Assembly (NCBI GenBank): GCA_012517235.1
Contig: JAAYVI010000117.1
Span: forward strand, 1-64,000
DNA from: Elusimicrobiota bacterium
Lineage (GTDB): Bacteria; Elusimicrobiota; Elusimicrobia; Elusimicrobiales; UBA9959
Direction of reading: 5' to 3'
Length of the DNA: 64,000 bases
The translations under genes were made by a program, and so were the position numbers. Positions 8,172 to 18,341 of this stretch are shown here, one piece after another. Position 1 is the first letter of the stretch, and every line of letters begins with the position of its first letter. The notes under the pieces were generated by a model, which ran no database searches, was not told where the DNA came from, and worked only from the letters and a program-made list of their open reading frames with translations.

Positions 8172-10421
8172 ATGAAGATTATTTTTGCTATTTTCATATT
8201 CATCTTTAATTTAAATCTCTATTCTATCGAGACATTTACATATAAGGAAATATCAAAAGATATTTCTAAACAGATAAAAGAATCGGAAAAGAATAATATA
8301 AAAGTTGCTGTCTTTGATTTTGCATATTATGACGGAAAAATATCTCCCGCGCTCAGGCAAATATCCGAGTCTTTAACCATAAATTTGGCTAAAAATTCTA
8401 TAACCATAGTTGAAAGAAATCAAATTGAAAAAATTCTCCAGGAGAAGAAGCTTCAAATGTCCGGCATGTTCGACGAAAAAACAGTAACCGAAGTGGGAAC
8501 ATTTGTGGGAGCGGAAGCCATTTTGACCGGCACGGTCGAAGATATGGAAAATGGCAAGTCTAAAATTAATATAAAAGTTCTTAACGTAAAAACTTCCGTC
8601 ATAATAGCGGCCGGGGAATATATTATAGATAGGACCTGGGAGTTGTATAAGCCCAAGCAAGAACCTGAAAAAAAAGAAACAAAGATATATTCCGAAATAA
8701 AATTTGAAATAGAAAAACTTCCAAAATTAGAATCTTCATCGTTTCATATGGAGGAAATACACTTAGATTTTAATAATATGGATATAGATAAGCTGGAAAA
8801 ATACAACGAAATAACAGAACTTGAGAAAAAGACTACGGACTATCTTTTAATAGCCGAGAAATGGGATATATTCGGCAAAGAAGTGCCCGAATACCGTGAG
8901 ATTTCGATTAAAAGAGCAAATGAGTTGAGAGATCATTATAATAAAATCATAAAATTTGAAGAAGATAAAAAGAAGATAAGAGAACAGATGAGAGCGGATT
9001 TTGAAAAACTGATGAGGATATTGAAACTAAAAATAATTTCTTCGGATAAAAAAGATGAATTTTGCCAAAAATTTATTGATGCGTATTCAGAATACGAATT
9101 TGAAGAATTCAGTAAATATTATTTAAAACTTAGGCGGTATATGATTCGCCAGTGCATAGATGAAGATAAAGTGGGTTTTGCTTTATGCTACGAAGACGGA
9201 AGTATAGCGATGACAAATGTCGATCGGTATAATAACGGTTTTTCAATGGAAGGTCTAATACCAGCACTTTACTGGGTAAATGGAAGCCGTAAATATGGGC
9301 CGGTTTTAGATATACATAGCGCGCGTCCTGATTATATGACTTCAGTATGGGAACCGTGTTATTTTTTTATAGATAAAAAAGGCAGTATTAAAATTCCTCC
9401 CGACGGCAGCTGTATATATTCAGACGTACGAAATTTTAGTAATGGACTGGCCATGGTGAGAGAAAAATATTCCGGGAAATGGGGTTATGTCGATAAAAAT
9501 GGCAAGCTGATTATAGACTATAAGTTTGACGACTATTTTTTGAGTGATTTTTCAGACGGTTTCGCCACTGTTAGATTAAACAGGAAGTGGGGGCTTATAG
9601 ATAAAACCGGAAACACTGTTATACCTTTCAAATATGATTACATTTCCGATGCCGCAAGATGTCCATATTATGTAAAATTAAACGATAAGACTTTTTACAT
9701 CAATAGAAAAGATCAAATAGTGCAGGATAATAAGAAAAATAAAATGTATGCCATAAGAGATGAAGATGGAAATCTTACGACTTCTTATATTTTTGAAGAT
9801 ATAGAAACTTGCGACAACCATTTTCAGAAGGTGAAAAAAAACGATAAATACGGGTTTTATTTAAAGAAAGGTAAGGAAATAATTAAACCAAAATATGATT
9901 GGGCCGGATGTTATTTTAATTCTCTTGCGGCAGTATGCGGTCAAAAGTGCGGCTTTGTGGATGAGAACGGAAAAGTTGTAATTCCGATTAAATATGACGG
10001 TATAACCAGTTTTATGGGTGAAACCGCTGCGGTTAAAGAAAATAATAAGTGGCTTTTAATAAACAAAGAGGGAGAGGTTTTAAAAGAATTACAAACTTAT
10101 GATACTATTTCCAATTTAGATGATGAATTTTTTGTCGTATCAAAAAATAAAAAATACGGTTTAATCGATACAAGCGGAAATAAAATTACCGCGTTAAAAT
10201 ACGATGGTATTCCACTAAATGGTATTGATTTTATTGCGGTAGAATTGAACGGGAAATACGGTTTTATAAGAAAAAAAGACTCGGCTGAGATAACGCAAAT
10301 AAAATATGATAACTGGTCATTTGACGGCATAGATTTCATATCTGTAGAATTTATGGGCAAAAAAGGAATTGTCGATTTATTCGGCAGAGAGTTATACGCG
10401 GATGAAGACAAAAAAAAGTAA
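8172..10421 (+). CDS. secreted multidomain protein: CsgG/LpoB/FlgO-like N-terminal domain, central coiled coil, C-terminal WG (KWG/KYG) beta repeats
   Basis: signal peptide MKIIFAIFIFIFNLNLYS; N-terminal domain KVAVFDF...IVERNQIEKILQEKKLQMSG...AEAILTGTV; at least seven repeats of the type KWGYVDKNGKLIIDYKFD and KYGLIDTSGNKITALKYD. Confidence 0.7.
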   Translation: MKIIFAIFIFIFNLNLYSIETFTYKEISKDISKQIKESEKNNIKVAVFDFAYYDGKISPALRQISESLTINLAKNSITIVERNQIEKILQEKKLQMSGMFDEKTVTEVGTFVGAEAILTGTVEDMENGKSKINIKVLNVKTSVIIAAGEYIIDRTWELYKPKQEPEKKETKIYSEIKFEIEKLPKLESSSFHMEEIHLDFNNMDIDKLEKYNEITELEKKTTDYLLIAEKWDIFGKEVPEYREISIKRANELRDHYNKIIKFEEDKKKIREQMRADFEKLMRILKLKIISSDKKDEFCQKFIDAYSEYEFEEFSKYYLKLRRYMIRQCIDEDKVGFALCYEDGSIAMTNVDRYNNGFSMEGLIPALYWVNGSRKYGPVLDIHSARPDYMTSVWEPCYFFIDKKGSIKIPPDGSCIYSDVRNFSNGLAMVREKYSGKWGYVDKNGKLIIDYKFDDYFLSDFSDGFATVRLNRKWGLIDKTGNTVIPFKYDYISDAARCPYYVKLNDKTFYINRKDQIVQDNKKNKMYAIRDEDGNLTTSYIFEDIETCDNHFQKVKKNDKYGFYLKKGKEIIKPKYDWAGCYFNSLAAVCGQKCGFVDENGKVVIPIKYDGITSFMGETAAVKENNKWLLINKEGEVLKELQTYDTISNLDDEFFVVSKNKKYGLIDTSGNKITALKYDGIPLNGIDFIAVELNGKYGFIRKKDSAEITQIKYDNWSFDGIDFISVEFMGKKGIVDLFGRELYADEDKKK

Positions 10422-10547
10422 TTTCTAAACGATATTTTAAAGCAATATTCGGCTATAACAATTTCAAATTGCCTTATATTAAAAACTGCGTCAATTATAA
10501 TCGGAAATTATTTATTTGTATAATTAACTTGTGTTTGAGGAGGATTT

Positions 10548-11366
10548 ATGCAGGAGATGAACGTAAATTTTGATAAAAGGATTTTAAGTTCCATAGGCGG
10601 TTTCTTTGCCGCATTTCTTTTAGCGGTAATATTTTTAACTTCTTTTTTTATCGTTTCGCCCGGCACCGTGGCGATAAAAACAAGACTCGGGAAAATAGCC
10701 GGTTCTTACGGTGAAGGAATTCATTTTAAAATACCTTTGATAGAAAGCGTAACCAAATTTTCGATACAAATACAAAGAGCCGATATAAAAACTCAGGCTT
10801 TTTCCAAAGATTTGCAGACTATGGAAGTTCATATGGTGGTAAATCACAGGATACAGCAGGAAACGGTAGTAAGCATATATAGAAATTTGGGGCCTTATTA
10901 CGTAAATACCGTAGTCGATCCGGTAGTACAGGAAGTTTTTAAATCGATATCGGCAAAATATTCCGCCGAAAAAATCATAGGCGACAGAAACGAGCTCGTA
11001 AGGGAAGTTAACGACGAAGTTAAGCAAAGGCTTATGACAAAAGAAATCATAGTAACGGATATTTCGGTGGTAGATTTGGATTTTACGGATCAATTCTTAA
11101 AAGCGGTAGAAGATAAACAGATAGCCGAACAACAGGCCAAGATGGCCGAAAAATTGGTAGAAAAAGCCAAGAAAGACGCCGAACAGCAAATAGCCAAAGC
11201 AAGAGCGGAAGCCGAATCTTTGAGAATGCAAAGAGAAGCCGTTACGAGCCAGCTTATAGAATTAAGAAAAGTCGAAGCTCAAATTAAAGCCATAGAAAAA
11301 TGGAACGGAGTTCTGCCCGGGTACGTAGGCGGCGGAGTTCCTTTCATATCTTTGGAAAAAAAGTAA
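10548..11366 (+). CDS. SPFH/band-7 (prohibitin/HflC-like) membrane protein
   Basis: N-terminal TM segment, SPFH core, C-terminal Ala/Glu/Lys-rich coiled coil. Confidence 0.8.
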   Translation: MQEMNVNFDKRILSSIGGFFAAFLLAVIFLTSFFIVSPGTVAIKTRLGKIAGSYGEGIHFKIPLIESVTKFSIQIQRADIKTQAFSKDLQTMEVHMVVNHRIQQETVVSIYRNLGPYYVNTVVDPVVQEVFKSISAKYSAEKIIGDRNELVREVNDEVKQRLMTKEIIVTDISVVDLDFTDQFLKAVEDKQIAEQQAKMAEKLVEKAKKDAEQQIAKARAEAESLRMQREAVTSQLIELRKVEAQIKAIEKWNGVLPGYVGGGVPFISLEKK

Positions 11367-11393
11367 AAAAACTTAGTTAAAAATATTTCTTCT

Positions 11394-12620
11394 ATGATTG
11401 CGGTATTAATATTATTTGCGGTATTTTTACTTATTTCCGTAAGGCAAATAGGCAGTTTAAAATTGGAAATATGGCAGATAATGTCCGGTGGGGCCGTTTT
11501 GGCTTTGCTTGGCGGTTCGATAAGTTTTTCCGACGCTTTAAAAGCCGTAGATTACGACGTGATAATTTTCCTATTCGGTATGTTTGTTTGCGGAGCTTTA
11601 TTTGAAATAAGCGGTTATCTTTCTTACAATCAGCATAGGATTTTCAAAAAAGCCGATACTTGCGAAAAAATGCTTTTTCTTTTTATTTTTTTCTTCGGAT
11701 TATCTTCGGCTTTGGTGATGAACGATACCGTCGCCGTCATAGGAGTACCGGCTTCGGTTTCACTTTCAAAAAAATATAATTTTCCTTTAAAGATTTTGCT
11801 TTTGGCTTTGGCATTTTCGGTTACCATAGGAAGCGTTTTCAGCCCGATAGGAAATCCTCAAAATCTTTTGATAGCGATAAAATCGGCTATGTCGAATCCT
11901 TTTATAGTTTTTTTAAAATATTTGTTTATTCCTACGATATTAAATCTTTTTTTGCTTTTTCTAATTTTCAGAGCCGTATATTCTCGGTATTTTTCCGATT
12001 TGCCCGATATGGGACATTATATTCCCGAAAAAAAGAAATGGCTTTATTTCCTGTCGAATTTGACTATGGCGATAATTTTAGTCGGAATATCGGCTAAAAT
12101 ATGGTTTTCTTTGAAAGGCGAAAGTTTTCGTCTAACATGGATAGCGGTTTTTGCTTCTATGCCGGCTTTGCTTTTAAGTTTCAAACAAGGGGAGATAATA
12201 AAAAAAACGGATTGGAAAACTTTGATATTTTTTGCCGCCATGTTTATTTTAATGAAAAGCGTTTGGGATAGCGGTTTTTTTCAAAAAATAATACAAAACA
12301 ATGCCTTTGACATTTTATCTTTGCCGTTTATTTTTATTCTTTGCGTTATATTGAGCCAATTTATTTCAAATGTGCCTTTGATAGCTTTGCTTTTGCCGCT
12401 TTTTACTTTGAAGGGGGCAGGGGAAAATCATTTCATAGCTTTGGCCGCCGCTTCCACTTTGGCCGGCAATCTTTCCATACTCGGCGCTGCGAGCAATGTA
12501 ATAATAATACAAGGCGCGGAAAATAGAAAGGAAGGCACCATATCTTTTTGGGAATTTTTTAAAATCGGAGCGCCGCTTACGGCTTTAAATTGCTTTATAT
12601 ATTGGCTTTTTTTAAGATAG
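11394..12620 (+). CDS. ArsB/NhaD-superfamily anion permease
   Basis: 408 aa polytopic protein with SPIGNPQNLLIAI motif. Confidence 0.65.
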   Translation: MIAVLILFAVFLLISVRQIGSLKLEIWQIMSGGAVLALLGGSISFSDALKAVDYDVIIFLFGMFVCGALFEISGYLSYNQHRIFKKADTCEKMLFLFIFFFGLSSALVMNDTVAVIGVPASVSLSKKYNFPLKILLLALAFSVTIGSVFSPIGNPQNLLIAIKSAMSNPFIVFLKYLFIPTILNLFLLFLIFRAVYSRYFSDLPDMGHYIPEKKKWLYFLSNLTMAIILVGISAKIWFSLKGESFRLTWIAVFASMPALLLSFKQGEIIKKTDWKTLIFFAAMFILMKSVWDSGFFQKIIQNNAFDILSLPFIFILCVILSQFISNVPLIALLLPLFTLKGAGENHFIALAAASTLAGNLSILGAASNVIIIQGAENRKEGTISFWEFFKIGAPLTALNCFIYWLFLR

Positions 12621-12673
12621 AATAATAATAAAGATACGGGCAGAAAAAAATCTCCGCCCATAAGGAGTTTTTT

Positions 12674-13474
12674 ATGATGGAAGAAAATATAATTAAAATT
12701 TTAAGCGATGCTATAAGCGAAAGAAAAAATGCGGCTTTTATAACGATAATTTCATCGGGCGGATCCACTCCCAGAGACGCGGGTTCCAAAATGATAGTTT
12801 ATGAAAACGGCTCGATAGCCGGGACCATAGGCGGGGGGAAAATAGAAGCTCTTGCGATAAAAACCGCTCTGGATTGTCTTAAAAAAGGGGAAGGCGGAAA
12901 ATTCGTTTTCGATTTGACTCCCAAAGGCATAGGTATGGCCTGTATGGGTAAAGTGGAAATTTTTATAGACATATACAAAACTCCTTTGAAGGTTTTTATT
13001 TGCGGAGGCGGTCATGTGGCTAAACAATTGGCAAAGGTTCTGGATATAGCCGGCTTTCCTTATGCCGTTGCGGACGACAGAGAAGAATTTGCAAATAAGA
13101 ATAATTTTCCGGGCGCTTACGAAATAATAAACGAATTTCCCGACAAGGCTTTCAAAAAAGCGAAAATAGATTCCGATACTTATATAGTCATAATGACCAG
13201 AGGTCATATGCTGGACGCCGAGTGTTTGATAGAAGCGGTTAAAACAAAGGCCGCTTATATAGGAATGATAGGCAGCGCTTCGAAAGTTAGAACTGTTATG
13301 TCGGATCTTAAGAAGAAAGGCGTGAAAATAGATAAAAGAGTCTATTCTCCTATAGGATTGGATTTGGGCGGTAAAACTCCGGGAGAAATAGCCGTATCCG
13401 TAGCGGCAGAAATACTTAAAATACATTACGGCCGAAGCGGAAATCATATGAGCGTAAATTTGGAGGCAAAATGA
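12674..13474 (+). CDS. xdhC: XdhC/CoxI-family molybdenum-cofactor insertion chaperone
   Basis: N-terminal AAFITIISSGGSTPRDAGSKMIV; Rossmann-like VFICGGGHVAKQLA; 4-nt overlap with the downstream Mo-subunit gene. Confidence 0.8.
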   Translation: MMEENIIKILSDAISERKNAAFITIISSGGSTPRDAGSKMIVYENGSIAGTIGGGKIEALAIKTALDCLKKGEGGKFVFDLTPKGIGMACMGKVEIFIDIYKTPLKVFICGGGHVAKQLAKVLDIAGFPYAVADDREEFANKNNFPGAYEIINEFPDKAFKKAKIDSDTYIVIMTRGHMLDAECLIEAVKTKAAYIGMIGSASKVRTVMSDLKKKGVKIDKRVYSPIGLDLGGKTPGEIAVSVAAEILKIHYGRSGNHMSVNLEAK

Positions 13475-15741
13475 GCAAAGATTTATTTTCTTTCGTCGGC
13501 AAATCATTGGAAAGAGTAGACGGCGCGGTTAAAGCCGAAGGCAAAGCTCTTTACGGAGACGACATATCTTTCCCGAATATGATTTACGCGGCGGCGGTTA
13601 GAAATCCCAAACCGAGAATAGAAATAAGAAAAATGGACGATTCTTTGGCAAAAAAAATAAAAGGATATTTCGGCATAGTTTCTTTTAAGGATATAAAAGG
13701 CAAAAACAGCTGGCCTTTGGTTATGAACGATTATCCTTTTTTACCGGAAAAGGAAGCGAAATTTTACGGAGAAACCTTAGCTTTGGTTTTGGCGGAAAAT
13801 CAAAGAACGGCAAAAAAAGCCGCGGCTTGTGTCAGATTGGATTATAAAGAATTGCCTTTTATAGACGATCCTTTGAAAGCTTTGGAAAAAAAATCTTTGA
13901 AAATATACGGCAAAGATAATATCATATCTTCTTTCAAAATAATAAAGGGCGATGCGGATAAAGCTTTTAAAGACTGCGATGTGGTAATAGAAAAAGAATT
14001 TAGGACAAATTATCAAGTCCATGCTTATTTGGAAACTCAAACCGCTACGGCCGTTCCGGAACCCGACGGTTCTATTACGGTTTATTCTTCTACTCAATGT
14101 CCTTTTTACGTATTGGACGCCGTCGCGGCGGCTTGCGGTTTGCCCAATAATAAGGTCAAGGTAATACAAACCGTTACCGGAGGCGGATTCGGCGGTAAAG
14201 AAGACGTGCCGGCTTTGGTTGCGGCTCATGCGGCTATTTGCGCTTTGAAATTTAACCGTCCGGTAAGGCTTGCCTATGACAGAAAGGAAGATTTTATGAG
14301 TATGTCGAAAAGACATCCTTCTTGGGCCAGAGTAAAATACGGCGCCGATAAAAACGGAAAAATAAAGGCTTGTAAAGTTAAATATGTTTTGGACGGCGGC
14401 GCTTATGCTACTTTGTCGCCGATAGTTTTATGGAGAGGGACGGTTCATGCGGCCGGTCCTTATAAAATAGAAAACGTGTTCATAGAAACTTATGCAGCCG
14501 CGACAAATAAAGTCCCCTGCGGAGCTTATAGAGGATTCGGTCAGCCTCAAATATGCTTCGCGCAGGAATCTTTGATAGACGATCTGGCCGAAAAATTGGG
14601 AATAGATCCGATAGATTTAAGACTTAAAAATATGATTCAAAGCGGAGATAAAACCGCTACGGGTCAGAAAATTGACGAATCCTGCGGATTAAAAGAGCTT
14701 ACGGAAATAGTAAGAAAAAAATCAAGATGGGATAAATCCGAAGTTAAAATAAACGGAGACAAAAGAAGAGCTTTGGGTTTTTCTTGCGCTTATTACGGAG
14801 TCGGACTCGGAGCGAAAGGCAGATATTTGGATAGAGCGGGAGCTTTCGTAAACATATACAGAGACGGTTCGGTTCAGGTAAATGTCGGCAATACCGAAAT
14901 GGGACAAGGCGCTTTAACCGTTCTTTCTCAAATAGCCGCGGAAACTCTTAATGCTCCGATGAAAAATATAAAACTTGCCGAAGTAGATACCTCAAAAGTG
15001 CCTGACAGCGGACCCACGGTAGCCAGTAGAACCACTTTGATGAGCGGAAATGCGATAATAGAAGCTTGCCTGCCTTTGAGAGAAAATATATTCTCGGCCG
15101 CCGCCGAACTTTTAAAAGCCGGTAAAAATAAAATTACCGCTTACGGCGGATTTTTTTACTTCGGGAAAAAGAAAATTTCATTCGAAGAAGCGGTAAAGGA
15201 ATGCTGGTCTAAAAGATTAAAGATGAGCGAACAAGGCTGGTATGCGGCTCCCAATACCACATTTGACATAAATAACGGTCAAGGCAATGCTTATGTTATC
15301 TACTCTTATAGCGCCGATATAGCCGATGTGGAAGTGGATATAAAAACCGGCGAAAAGACAGTTCATAAGATATACGCCGCTTACGATGTAGGGCGCATAA
15401 TAAATCCCAAATTGGCTCACGCTCAAGCTCACGGCGGCATACTTCAAGGTATGGGCTGGGCAATAATGGAAAATTTAATAGTAAAAGACGGAATAATGAA
15501 AAATCCTAATTTTACCGATTATGTCCTTCCCATTTCTACCGACGCCCCTCAGTACGATATAAGTTTCTCGGAGAAGCTCTACAAACACGGGCCTTATAAG
15601 GCTAAAGGTATGGGAGAAGTGCCTTTGATAGGGGTGGCTGCGGCGGTAAGAAATGCGGTTAAAAGAGCTTGCGGAGTTTCTCTGACTTATTGTCCTATGA
15701 TATCGGAAAAAACGCTCAAGACGATAAACGACAAAAAATGA
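13471..15741 (+). CDS. xanthine dehydrogenase-family molybdopterin-binding large subunit (set 1)
   Basis: 756 aa; VTGGGFGGKE and GQGALTVLSQIAAETL motifs. Confidence 0.9.
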   Translation: MSKDLFSFVGKSLERVDGAVKAEGKALYGDDISFPNMIYAAAVRNPKPRIEIRKMDDSLAKKIKGYFGIVSFKDIKGKNSWPLVMNDYPFLPEKEAKFYGETLALVLAENQRTAKKAAACVRLDYKELPFIDDPLKALEKKSLKIYGKDNIISSFKIIKGDADKAFKDCDVVIEKEFRTNYQVHAYLETQTATAVPEPDGSITVYSSTQCPFYVLDAVAAACGLPNNKVKVIQTVTGGGFGGKEDVPALVAAHAAICALKFNRPVRLAYDRKEDFMSMSKRHPSWARVKYGADKNGKIKACKVKYVLDGGAYATLSPIVLWRGTVHAAGPYKIENVFIETYAAATNKVPCGAYRGFGQPQICFAQESLIDDLAEKLGIDPIDLRLKNMIQSGDKTATGQKIDESCGLKELTEIVRKKSRWDKSEVKINGDKRRALGFSCAYYGVGLGAKGRYLDRAGAFVNIYRDGSVQVNVGNTEMGQGALTVLSQIAAETLNAPMKNIKLAEVDTSKVPDSGPTVASRTTLMSGNAIIEACLPLRENIFSAAAELLKAGKNKITAYGGFFYFGKKKISFEEAVKECWSKRLKMSEQGWYAAPNTTFDINNGQGNAYVIYSYSADIADVEVDIKTGEKTVHKIYAAYDVGRIINPKLAHAQAHGGILQGMGWAIMENLIVKDGIMKNPNFTDYVLPISTDAPQYDISFSEKLYKHGPYKAKGMGEVPLIGVAAAVRNAVKRACGVSLTYCPMISEKTLKTINDKK

Positions 15742-15837
15742 TGGGATATTTTAATTTTTGAGGATATGCCTGTTACATAAGTTAAATGAAAAAAAACGGT
15801 AAAATATGCTATTATTAATCTTTGGAGGTTTCCATAT

Positions 15838-16986
15838 ATGTTTAAAAAATTAATTTTGTCTTTGATTTTGTTGTCTTCTTCCGTTTATGCTCAAGACTCT
15901 TACGATAAATTGGCTTCGGAACTGTCTTCAAAATCCGAAGGTATAAAAAAGTTGGCCATAATACCCTTTTCCTACGCCGATAATACTTCTTCCACAAAAG
16001 ACGGCGCCGTCATAGCGGAAAGATTGACAATGAAGCTTATTAATATGCAGAAGTTTGAAATAATAGAAAGAAGCGTATTGAATAAAGTTTTGGACGAATT
16101 AAAACTTCAAAATTCGGGAGCCATAGACGCCGGCAGCGCGAAAGAACTCGGAAAAGTTTTGGGCGTGGACGCTCTTATAACCGGAACTTTGATACCTACC
16201 GCTTCCGGAATAGAAGTTAATGCCAGAGTTATAAAAACGGAAACCGCTCAAGCCATAGCCGCTTCTCAAGTTACCGTACAGAAGGATTGGTACGGCGGCG
16301 ACGTACAGGCTATGCCTCAAAAGACGGAATATCAACAGCCGCAAGCTCAAACGCAGAAACAGCCGATATCTCGAGTAAGAAGCCCTAACGAATACGGATT
16401 TTTTGACGTTATGGTAGGCGCCGGTTCTCAAACGGTGGATATAAAATGGGATACTACAAAATTCGGCGGTTTAGAAATGAACGCTCTCACGGCCAGCGGA
16501 GGCGGACCAATAGGCCTTAGGGTCGGCGGCTTCGGCAAAGGCGTGGTAGGCGGAGATTTTGAATTTTCGGTATCTAAACATTATACCGACGCTCAAAAAG
16601 GCACAATAACTTTTCCTCTTATAGCCAATGTCAATTATCCAGCCGGATTAATAGACGCCACTTCCATAGGCCTTAGCGGAGACTTGCTTTTTAGAACTTT
16701 GACAAAAGCTCAATTCTATTTGGGTATAGGTTTGGGACTGTCTATAAATAATATACAATCTACCGTAATAAAAGACTACTATAATAAGCTTTTGAACGAG
16801 ACCGCCGTAGGATTTATGTTTAGAGTACCGATAGGTTTGAGATTTAACGCCGATAATGTCACTTTCTTTATGGAATATAGGGCGGAAATTAACGCTACGA
16901 GCTTTAACAGAGGATTCGGAAACGAAACTAATAATCTTACTTTCAACGGTTCGAGATTTGTTTTCGGAGTGGGATCTAAATTCTAA
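15838..16986 (+). CDS. outer-membrane protein: periplasmic CsgG/LpoB-like N-terminal domain plus Gly-rich beta-barrel-like C-terminal half
   Basis: signal peptide ending AQD; N-terminal domain paralogous to that of the 8172-10421 protein; C-terminal residue is Phe (RFVFGVGSKF). Confidence 0.6.
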   Translation: MFKKLILSLILLSSSVYAQDSYDKLASELSSKSEGIKKLAIIPFSYADNTSSTKDGAVIAERLTMKLINMQKFEIIERSVLNKVLDELKLQNSGAIDAGSAKELGKVLGVDALITGTLIPTASGIEVNARVIKTETAQAIAASQVTVQKDWYGGDVQAMPQKTEYQQPQAQTQKQPISRVRSPNEYGFFDVMVGAGSQTVDIKWDTTKFGGLEMNALTASGGGPIGLRVGGFGKGVVGGDFEFSVSKHYTDAQKGTITFPLIANVNYPAGLIDATSIGLSGDLLFRTLTKAQFYLGIGLGLSINNIQSTVIKDYYNKLLNETAVGFMFRVPIGLRFNADNVTFFMEYRAEINATSFNRGFGNETNNLTFNGSRFVFGVGSKF

Positions 16987-16988
16987 AA

Positions 16989-17453
16989 ATGAAAAAATTT
17001 CCGCTTAGCTGCGAAATTAACGGTAAAAAAATAAAAAAGGAAATAGATTCTTCTTTAAGACTAATAGATTTCATAAGAGAAGATATGGGCCTTAAAGGCA
17101 CCAAAGAAGGCTGCGGCGAAGGCGAATGCGGTGCCTGTATGGTTTTGCTCGACGGTAAAGCCGTAAATTCCTGTCTTATGATGGCCGTTCAAATACATGG
17201 CAAGAAATTGGTTACCATAGAGGGAATACACGAACATAAATACGGCAAAGAACTTCAAGATTCCTTTGTAAAAGAGGCCGCCGTGCAATGCGGTTTTTGT
17301 ACGCCGGGTTTTATAATAGCCGCTCAGGAAATACTTGCAAAAAATCCCAAAGCCTCTTTGGAAGAAATTAAAGAAGGTCTTGCCGGTAATTTATGCAGAT
17401 GCACCGGATATGAAAATATTTTTAAAGCCGTAGATAAAGCTCGTAAGAAGTAA
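16989..17453 (+). CDS. xanthine dehydrogenase-family [2Fe-2S] small subunit (set 1)
   Basis: CGEGECGACMV...SCLM and QCGFCTPGFII...GNLCRCTGY. Confidence 0.9.
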   Translation: MKKFPLSCEINGKKIKKEIDSSLRLIDFIREDMGLKGTKEGCGEGECGACMVLLDGKAVNSCLMMAVQIHGKKLVTIEGIHEHKYGKELQDSFVKEAAVQCGFCTPGFIIAAQEILAKNPKASLEEIKEGLAGNLCRCTGYENIFKAVDKARKK

Positions 17454-17471
17454 AATTTACTATTTGAGAAT

Positions 17472-18314
17472 ATGCCGGAAATAATAGAAAAATACTATTC
17501 TTTAAAAGAACTTTGGTCTTCCTTAAATAAACTTAATAAAAGCAGAAAATATTTGGCGGGCGGAACGGATTTAACAATATCTTTGTCTTACGGCGAAGAA
17601 AAAACCGAACTTTGGATAGATATAAGCGACATAAAAGAGTTGTCCTTGATAGAGGATAGGAAAGAATTCGTATTTATAGGCGCCGGAATTAAAGTTTCTC
17701 AGCTTGAAAATAATCCGATAGTGAAAAAATGGGTTCCCGCTTTGGCCGAAAGCGTTAAATATTACGCTTCGCCTTCTATTAGAAATACGGCCACTTTGGG
17801 CGGAAATTACGTAAACGCTTCGCCTTGCGCGGACGGAGTTTTAGCTTTGGCGGCTTCTCAAGCTTCGGTCGTTTTAAACCTGAAAAACCGAAGAAGAACT
17901 TTGCCTTTGCTTTCTATTATAAAAGGGCCTAAAAAAATAGATTTAAAAAAAGACGAAATAGCCGAAGGATTTTTGGTACCGAAAATAAAACACGAAGCCG
18001 TTTTTTACAAAATGATGGCAAGAAAAAGATTCGGTATTTCCAAGGCCGGACTTTGTATATGCTATAGGGCGAATAATAAAAAATTAGAATATGTATCTAT
18101 CGCTTTGTCTTCGGTCGCTCCTTCGATAGTAAAGGCGCCAAAAACCGAAGAATTCCTGAAAAATAAGAAAATCGATCAAAATATCGTAAAAAAAGCCTGT
18201 GAAATTATTAAAAGCGAGATAAGTCCGATCGACGACATACGTTCTCAAGCGGAATATAGAAAAGAAATAATTTCCGTTTTCTTGCAAAGAGCTTTGCAAA
18301 AAACTATAGGTTAA
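17472..18314 (+). CDS. xanthine dehydrogenase-family FAD-binding subunit (set 1)
   Basis: YLAGGTDL and TLGGNYVNASPCAD motifs (FAD_binding_5-like). Confidence 0.85.
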   Translation: MPEIIEKYYSLKELWSSLNKLNKSRKYLAGGTDLTISLSYGEEKTELWIDISDIKELSLIEDRKEFVFIGAGIKVSQLENNPIVKKWVPALAESVKYYASPSIRNTATLGGNYVNASPCADGVLALAASQASVVLNLKNRRRTLPLLSIIKGPKKIDLKKDEIAEGFLVPKIKHEAVFYKMMARKRFGISKAGLCICYRANNKKLEYVSIALSSVAPSIVKAPKTEEFLKNKKIDQNIVKKACEIIKSEISPIDDIRSQAEYRKEIISVFLQRALQKTIG

Positions 18315-18341
18315 TTTTTAAAAGTTAAAAGCGGAGGAATA

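Noticed and set aside
12752-13507. 251-aa minus-strand ORF covering the whole xdhC region
   Set aside because: It is fully antisense to a well-supported XdhC CDS that has a conserved motif. Its product is low-complexity (Tyr/Phe/Ser/Arg-rich) and it has no ribosome-binding site. It is a typical shadow ORF.
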